A stretch of 64,000 nucleotides of DNA. Source: Bacillota bacterium (lineage in GTDB: Bacteria; Bacillota; Limnochordia; DTU087). Below the pieces are notes generated by a model. That model saw nothing but the letters and a program-made list of their open reading frames with translations. It was not told the origin of the DNA and did not search any database. The stretch is taken from positions 341 through 64,340 of the forward strand of contig JAAYQZ010000052.1 of assembly GCA_012519025.1 (NCBI GenBank), read 5' to 3'. The position numbers and the translations under genes are program-made. This document shows positions 58,183 to 64,000 of the stretch, in pieces (position 1 is the stretch's first letter; each line of letters starts with the position of its first letter).

Positions 58183-59682
58183 ATGTTGTCATCCCCACAC
58201 ACTCGTGGAATACGGGGTGCTGTTACAGTTGAAGAAAACACTGAAAGTGCAATTGTTGATGCAGCATGCCGGCTTACACAAGCCATCATAGAACAAAACG
58301 AGCTTAAGCAAAGCGAAATTGCCTGCATGCTTTTTACAGTGACCCAAGATCTGGATGCCGCATTCCCGGCTGCAGGGGCCAGAAAAGCCGGGCTTACCCA
58401 GACAGCGCTTATGTGCACAAATGAAATACCTGTTGCAGACAGCCTGGAAAAGTGCATCCGCGTTCTTACACTTGTCTCAACTGACCTAAAACAAGAAGAA
58501 ATCCGCCACGTATATTTGGGAAAAGCGGCAGCCTTGCGCCCAGATTGGGTCGATTCGGCTGAAACAGAAGCTTTGCCAACAACAACTCCACCTTTTCCAA
58601 CCCCATCTTTCCGTCCAACAATTTTAGACATCCTTCCCTACCAACCGGGCAAACCTATTAGTGAATTGAAGCGGGAAAGAGATCTAAATGACGTGATTAA
58701 ACTTGCCTCGAATGAAAATCCTTTGGGCCCATCTCCCAAAGCACTCAAAGCCATAAAAAATGTTTTAAATTCACTACATATTTACCCCGATGGAAGCTGT
58801 TTTGAACTCCGTCAAAAACTGGCCCAACGCTTCAATGTTGATGGGACTCAGCTGCTTTTCGGCAACGGATCTGATGAAGTGATCAAAATGTTTGGGCTGA
58901 CTTTCTTAGAATCTGGTGACAAAGTCCTTTTCTGTGAACCGACATTTAGTGAATACACTTATGCCACTAAGCTCATGGGCGCATCGAAACACACTGCTCC
59001 ATTGGCAGATTATGCTTTTGATTTGAATGCATTGTTGAAGGCCATTGATTCATCCACCAAGCTTATTTTTGTCTGCAACCCCAACAATCCCACCGGTGCT
59101 TACCTGAACCACGCTGATGTAGCGAAATTTTTGGACAAGGTGCCTGAGCATGTTTTAGTGGTGTTTGATGAAGCGTATTATGAATACGTCACTGCCGAAG
59201 ATTTTGTCGATAGCTTAAGCTTTGTACGTGAAGGTCGCAATGTGGCGGTACTGCGCACTTTTTCTAAAATTTACGGTTTGGCAGGTCTAAGGATTGGTTA
59301 CGGCGTTGCACCCAAACATATTGCAGAGTTGGTACACAGGGTTAGAGAACCCTTTAATGTCAATGCTTTGGCACAAATTGGAGCCTTGGCGGCTTTAGAT
59401 GATGAGGATCATGTCGAGCAAAGTCGGCGGCAAAACCAAGCAGGTAAAGAGTACTTATACCGAGAATTGGCTGATCTTAATCTGGAATTTATCCCAACAC
59501 AAGCCAATTTCATTTTCTTTGATTTAGATCAAAATGCCGGACTTGTGTTTGAAAAACTATTGGACAAGGGTATCATTTGCCGCAAGGGAGAGGTTTTCGG
59601 CTGCCCAACATGGCTTAGGGTAACGATCGGCACCGAAACCGAAAACCGGCGCTTCATCAGTGCTTTAAAGACAATCCTTTAA
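58183..59682 (+). CDS. aroH-hisC: Fusion of AroH chorismate mutase and HisC-type aminotransferase
   Basis: RGIRGA, DLDAAFPA, CIRVL and HVYL..A..LRPD; Pro/Thr linker; KLASNENP, GNGSDE, NPNNPTG, DEAY and RTFSK.YGLAGLR. Confidence 0.92.
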   Translation: MLSSPHTRGIRGAVTVEENTESAIVDAACRLTQAIIEQNELKQSEIACMLFTVTQDLDAAFPAAGARKAGLTQTALMCTNEIPVADSLEKCIRVLTLVSTDLKQEEIRHVYLGKAAALRPDWVDSAETEALPTTTPPFPTPSFRPTILDILPYQPGKPISELKRERDLNDVIKLASNENPLGPSPKALKAIKNVLNSLHIYPDGSCFELRQKLAQRFNVDGTQLLFGNGSDEVIKMFGLTFLESGDKVLFCEPTFSEYTYATKLMGASKHTAPLADYAFDLNALLKAIDSSTKLIFVCNPNNPTGAYLNHADVAKFLDKVPEHVLVVFDEAYYEYVTAEDFVDSLSFVREGRNVAVLRTFSKIYGLAGLRIGYGVAPKHIAELVHRVREPFNVNALAQIGALAALDDEDHVEQSRRQNQAGKEYLYRELADLNLEFIPTQANFIFFDLDQNAGLVFEKLLDKGIICRKGEVFGCPTWLRVTIGTETENRRFISALKTIL

Positions 59683-59692
59683 AAGGAAGTGA

Positions 59693-60751
59693 ATGACCTT
59701 GATTGTTGTAATGGAACACCAAGCATCCCAAGGAGCCGTTGATGCCCTTATCGCGAGACTGAGAGAAATGGGATTTGACACCCACTTGTCGGTAGGGGTA
59801 GAGCGCACCATTATCGGGGCCATTGGTCCAAAACGACCGGAGTACATTCAACAGTTGGGTGCGATGGCAGGCGTTGATCGAATTGTGCCTATTTTACAGC
59901 CTTTTAAACTTGCCGGTCGGGAGTTTCACGCTGAGGGGACCGCAGTGCAGGTGGGAGCAGTGACAATAGGTGCTGAGCCTTTGGTTGTCATGGCCGGACC
60001 TTGTGCCGTAGAAGGCGAAGAACAGCTTTTAAAGATAGCCCGGGAAATAAAATCCGCAGGGGCACATATGCTGAGGGGCGGTGCATTCAAACCCCGCACT
60101 TCACCATATTCCTTCCAAGGTCTAGAAGAAGAGGGACTTCGCATCTTAGCTTTGGCCCGGGAGCAGACCGGTTTACCGGTGGTTACAGAGGTGGTCAATC
60201 CCCGGGATGTGGAGCTTGTGGCACAATATGCAGATATGCTGCAAATTGGTGCTCGCAACATGCAAAACTTTACCTTACTAAAAGAAGTAGGCAAAACACA
60301 AAAACCTGTTCTTCTTAAACGGGGCCTATCTGCCACCGTGGAAGAGTGGCTCATGGCCGCCGAATACATCATATCCGGTGGAAATGAGGACGTAGTCTTA
60401 TGTGAGCGGGGCATTCGTACCTATGAAACAGAAACCCGCAATACCCTTGATTTGAGTGCAGTGCCGGCAATTAAGCATTACAGCCATCTCCCGGTTATTG
60501 TAGATCCAAGCCACGGTACCGGCCGCTGGAGATATGTTACACCCATGGCCAGGGCCGCAGTGGCCGCCGGAGCCGATGGGCTGATGGTGGAAGTTCATTC
60601 TGAACCTGAAAAGGCTTTATCCGATGGGGCTCAATCCTTAACACCGAAAAACTTCCAACAGCTAATCGAAGAGGTAGAAAAGATTGCAGAAGCCATTGGC
60701 CGTGATGCACGACAAAATGTGATAGGAGTCCAAGTCAATGAAACGCAGTAG
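59693..60751 (+). CDS. aroF: DAHP synthase type I-beta with N-terminal regulatory domain
   Basis: [31 protein letters not shown] and DPSH motifs. Confidence 0.95.
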   Translation: MTLIVVMEHQASQGAVDALIARLREMGFDTHLSVGVERTIIGAIGPKRPEYIQQLGAMAGVDRIVPILQPFKLAGREFHAEGTAVQVGAVTIGAEPLVVMAGPCAVEGEEQLLKIAREIKSAGAHMLRGGAFKPRTSPYSFQGLEEEGLRILALAREQTGLPVVTEVVNPRDVELVAQYADMLQIGARNMQNFTLLKEVGKTQKPVLLKRGLSATVEEWLMAAEYIISGGNEDVVLCERGIRTYETETRNTLDLSAVPAIKHYSHLPVIVDPSHGTGRWRYVTPMARAAVAAGADGLMVEVHSEPEKALSDGAQSLTPKNFQQLIEEVEKIAEAIGRDARQNVIGVQVNETQ

Positions 60752-61883
60752 AATCGCTATAATAGGACTTGGTTTGATTGGAGGCTCTTTGGCTTTTCGC
60801 TTAAAGCATAAAGGTCATTATGTGGTCGGGTGTGATATAGACAGCCAACAAACCGCCTTGGCCCAAGAGTTGGGTGCGGTCGATGAAATCGTCAAAACAC
60901 TATCTGATGCTGCAAAAGGTGCTGATATAGTATTTTTGGCAGTTCCAGTAGGAACTATTGCGAAAACTTTTGCCGAAATAGCCCCTTACCTGAAAAAGAG
61001 CACTATCATCACGGATGTTGGTAGTGTCAAACGCCCGATTATGAATGCTTTGGCAGAACTCGAAGGTTCATTTTCCTTTATCGGCGGCCATCCAATGGCC
61101 GGCCGTGAGCAGGGTGGAATTGCCGCGGCTGATCCCAACCTGTTTGAAAATGCAGTCTATGTTCTAGTACCGCCCCCTGAAGGGGAAAATGGAATGGCTG
61201 AAAATGGGTCACGATACCCTTTCAACATGCTGAAGAATCTAATTGAGCAGGATCTTGGGGCCCATGTCACTATCATGGATGCCGCGACCCACGATGAAAT
61301 AGTCGCTGCCGTAAGCCACATGCCCCATGTTGCTGCTGCAGCCATAGTCAACGCATTGGGCCAAACAGCAAACACAACCTCCCATGCTTTGGCATTGGCT
61401 GCCGGTGGTTTTCGGGACACAACACGCATCGCCTCCGGTTCCCCTAAACTATGGGCAGATATATGCCTGTACAACCTGGCATCAGTGCTGCGCACTGTGG
61501 CACATCTTCAGGATCAGTTAGAGATCTTTCAAGAAGCTCTTTTGGTTCGGGATGTCAACGCCTTAGAAGAATTCTTTGAAAGTGCCAAGCTACTAAGAGA
61601 AAAAGTCCCTATTGCCCAAAGAGGACTGATTGCACCCTTATACGAGATTGTAGTACCTATCCCCGACACACCGGGAAGCATCAATGCGGTAACAGCTGTT
61701 TTAGCTGATGCTTCCTTAAGCCTTAAGGATATAGGTATCCTTAGGCAGCGGGAAGGGGAGATAGGCGCCCTGCGTTTAGGATTCAATGACAGGCTATCCC
61801 GAGACCAGGCTTTGAATATACTCACAATCGAAGGCTACCGTGCTTACAGCCCTGAAGATTCTAAGGATGTGGCAAAATCGTGA
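60738..61883 (+). CDS. tyrA: Prephenate/arogenate dehydrogenase with C-terminal ACT domain
   Basis: [23 protein letters not shown]...A.VSH.PH, RDTTRIA and PD.PG motifs. Confidence 0.94.
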   Translation: MKRSRIAIIGLGLIGGSLAFRLKHKGHYVVGCDIDSQQTALAQELGAVDEIVKTLSDAAKGADIVFLAVPVGTIAKTFAEIAPYLKKSTIITDVGSVKRPIMNALAELEGSFSFIGGHPMAGREQGGIAAADPNLFENAVYVLVPPPEGENGMAENGSRYPFNMLKNLIEQDLGAHVTIMDAATHDEIVAAVSHMPHVAAAAIVNALGQTANTTSHALALAAGGFRDTTRIASGSPKLWADICLYNLASVLRTVAHLQDQLEIFQEALLVRDVNALEEFFESAKLLREKVPIAQRGLIAPLYEIVVPIPDTPGSINAVTAVLADASLSLKDIGILRQREGEIGALRLGFNDRLSRDQALNILTIEGYRAYSPEDSKDVAKS

Positions 61884-63208
61884 TACTAAAAACTGCACCA
61901 TCGAAAACTTTGCGCGGAAAGATTAAGGTTCCCGGAGACAAATCTATCAGCCACCGCGCGGCCATCTTAGCTGCGTTGGCTGAGGGCAAAACTACCATTC
62001 AAGGTTTTTTGGAAAGTGAAGATTGTCTCAATACTTTACACTGCTTATCTCAGTTAGGTGTTGAAATAAATCGCCTTGGAGCCGGCAATTATGAGATCCT
62101 GGGTCGGGGTGAAGATGGTCTGATAGAACCGGCCGAGGTGCTGGATTGCGGCAATTCGGGCACAACCATGCGCTTGCTTACAGGTGTTTTGGCTTCTCAG
62201 CCATTTTTCTCTATTCTGACAGGTGATGCTTCGCTTTGCCAAAGACCCATGGCAAGAGTGATCCAGCCGCTTAGTGCGATGGGGGCTCGAATTTATGGCC
62301 GAGCAAACCATACAAAAGCCCCGCTGGCTGTTTTAGGCACCGATGACCTTCTGGGCATATCTTATATAATGCCTACAGCCAGCGCGCAGGTGAAGAGCTC
62401 GATACTTTTTGCCGGTCTGGCCGCCAACGGTGATGTGGTAATCCGTGAACCGGCGCCCAGCCGCAATCATACTGAGGTAATGCTTGAACAGTTTGGAGTC
62501 AATGTCGATATAAAGGGCCTGAAAATCTCTATGCCAGGAGGCCAAAAACCCAAAGGTACGCAGGTGGAAGTGCCGGGTGACATTTCTTCTGCGGCCTTTC
62601 CTATGGCTGCTGCGGCTATTTTACCCGGTTCCGATATTGTAATTGAAAACGTAGGAATTAACCCCACTCGCCGAGGTGTAGTTCAAGCGCTTCTAGCTAT
62701 GGGTGCTGACATAACCGTAACTCCATTAAACAAAACCGGGGAGGTTAGGGCCAACATTCGTGTACGGGGGCGAAAAACCAAACTTAGGGGTATTCGTTTG
62801 GAGGGTGCAATAATACCAAGTCTAATTGATGAGCTGCCGGTTATTGCCGCGGCTGCAGCGTTTGCTGAAGGTACTACTGTGATTAAGGATGCGGCTGAGC
62901 TTCGGGTTAAAGAATGTGATCGCATCAGCGCCATAAGCAGTGAGCTCGGCCGCCTAGGTGTGGATATTACCGAGCAAGCCGATGGTTGGATCATAAAAGG
63001 CAGCAGTGGGCATGACATTCAGGGAGGGCAGGTAAGGGGGTTTGGTGATCACCGCATTGTTATGGCTTTGGCGGTGTTGGGGCTTGGGGCTGCAGAATCC
63101 GTGCAAATCAGTGATGTTCAGACTATAGAAATATCATTCCCGGGGTTTGTTGATGTGTTTAAGCAGCTTGGGGGTTGCATGGATCTTAAGCAAAAATGCT
63201 CCCAATAG
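61880..63208 (+). CDS. aroA: EPSP synthase
   Basis: PGDKSISHR, GNSGTTMRL, SAQVKS, ELRVKECDR and DHRIVM motifs. Confidence 0.97.
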   Translation: MILKTAPSKTLRGKIKVPGDKSISHRAAILAALAEGKTTIQGFLESEDCLNTLHCLSQLGVEINRLGAGNYEILGRGEDGLIEPAEVLDCGNSGTTMRLLTGVLASQPFFSILTGDASLCQRPMARVIQPLSAMGARIYGRANHTKAPLAVLGTDDLLGISYIMPTASAQVKSSILFAGLAANGDVVIREPAPSRNHTEVMLEQFGVNVDIKGLKISMPGGQKPKGTQVEVPGDISSAAFPMAAAAILPGSDIVIENVGINPTRRGVVQALLAMGADITVTPLNKTGEVRANIRVRGRKTKLRGIRLEGAIIPSLIDELPVIAAAAAFAEGTTVIKDAAELRVKECDRISAISSELGRLGVDITEQADGWIIKGSSGHDIQGGQVRGFGDHRIVMALAVLGLGAAESVQISDVQTIEISFPGFVDVFKQLGGCMDLKQKCSQ

Positions 63209-63217
63209 CTTTCTTAC

Positions 63218-63244
63218 GCAGGAGTATATTTCCCAATAACGAAT
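63218..63244 (+). promoter_or_regulatory. sigmaH-type promoter of cmk
   Basis: GCAGGAGTA-11nt-AACGAAT. Confidence 0.55.
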
Positions 63245-63296
63245 AAAGTAATTGGTATTACTTGGCGAGACTGCTCCCAGTGGGAAGGGGATCTTT

Positions 63297-63998
63297 TTGC
63301 AAACAGGCAAATCAAGCATAGCCATTGACGGACCGGCCGGTGCCGGTAAAAGCTCAGTGGCGCGAATATTGGCCAAAAAACTTGGCTTTTTGCATATAGA
63401 CACCGGGGCATTGTATCGGGTTTTGACTTTGCAAGTTATGCGTGAAGGCATAAGACCCACAGAGGCATCGGCAGTAGCAAAGGTAGCTAAATTAGCCGAC
63501 ATTGAGATAGTGCCGGGTTCCAACGGAATCCGGGTTTTGCTAAATGGTGAGGATGTTAGCGATGCGATTCGGGAACCGAAAGTTAGCGAAAATGTTTCTT
63601 TAGTGGCGCAGCACGCTGAGGTGCGTGAGCACCTCTTGACTTTGCAAAGACAGTTGGCCGCCCCGGGTGGTATAGTAATGGATGGCAGAGATATTGGCAC
63701 TGTAGTGCTGCCAGAGGCCGAACTAAAGATATTTTTGACTGCAAGTCCCGAGGAAAGGGCCCGGCGGCGTATGAAGGAACTGCGCACCCAAGGCCATAAA
63801 GTGACATATAAAGATGTGTTGCTGTCCATTCGAGCCCGAGATAATCTTGACGCCGAAAGATTAGTTGCTCCCTTGAGAGCAGCCGCGGATGCGGTTCCTG
63901 TCGATACCACCGGTAAAGATATTAATGAAGTTGTTCGGGAAATCCTTGAATATCTTTCAGCTGCGGGAGGACTTAAAGGGTGTTCTACGGATTCGTAA
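63297..63998 (+). CDS. cmk: Cytidylate kinase
   Basis: IAIDGPAGAGKS, DTGALYR and DGRDIGTVV motifs; TTG 63297 after GGAAGGGG. Confidence 0.96.
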   Translation: MQTGKSSIAIDGPAGAGKSSVARILAKKLGFLHIDTGALYRVLTLQVMREGIRPTEASAVAKVAKLADIEIVPGSNGIRVLLNGEDVSDAIREPKVSENVSLVAQHAEVREHLLTLQRQLAAPGGIVMDGRDIGTVVLPEAELKIFLTASPEERARRRMKELRTQGHKVTYKDVLLSIRARDNLDAERLVAPLRAAADAVPVDTTGKDINEVVREILEYLSAAGGLKGCSTDS

Positions 63999-64000
63999 AG
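63980..64000 (+). CDS. Start of the next gene (truncated by window edge; product unknown)
   Basis: GGGAGG RBS then GTG TTC TAC GGA overlapping the cmk end. Confidence 0.35.

Noticed and set aside
1-64000. CRISPR arrays, IS elements, integrases, rRNA
   Set aside because: No periodic repeats, transposase or integrase motifs, or rRNA sequence seen; nearly all space is explained by core genes.

Overview
Core-chromosome segment of an endospore-forming, probably anaerobic Firmicute (inferred from sigE/sigG/spoIIGA/spoIIR/spoVS, rubredoxin-flavodiiron genes and an HgdC-type activator). Gene order: dcw cluster (murF-mraY-ftsW-murG-murA-divIB-ftsA-ftsZ), spoIIGA-sigE inverted and divergent from sigG-spoIIR-ylmC, rubredoxin/FprA, nrdR-spoIIIE-rodZ-spoIIP-like-murC, yqhH-yqhG, tRNA-Ala(CGC) with a small decayed islet, a DUF58-DUF4129-MoxR operon, an orphan NuoM-like gene, rimO-pgsA, an FtsH paralogue, Rrf2, two Cys-rich microproteins, cinA-recA-recX-rny-spoVS, dodecin, M-box riboswitch-mgtA, a gerA/spoVAF-like gene plus a 3-gene CoA-activase module, lysA-scpAB-ytfIJ-dacB-rluB, and an aromatic operon (aroH::hisC fusion, aroF, tyrA, aroA, cmk). 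I saw no CRISPR array, IS element, prophage or rRNA. Most notable points: (1) two nearby genes (rrf2, cinA) whose only strong Shine-Dalgarno is separated from the ATG by a stem-loop that would restore normal spacing if looped out; (2) the spoIIGA-sigE inversion; (3) the AroH-HisC fusion; (4) a NuoM homologue lacking its proton-axis residues; (5) probable non-canonical starts (ATT for rny); (6) a small ORF between the M-box and mgtA. All family calls come from motif recognition by eye; no database search was run.
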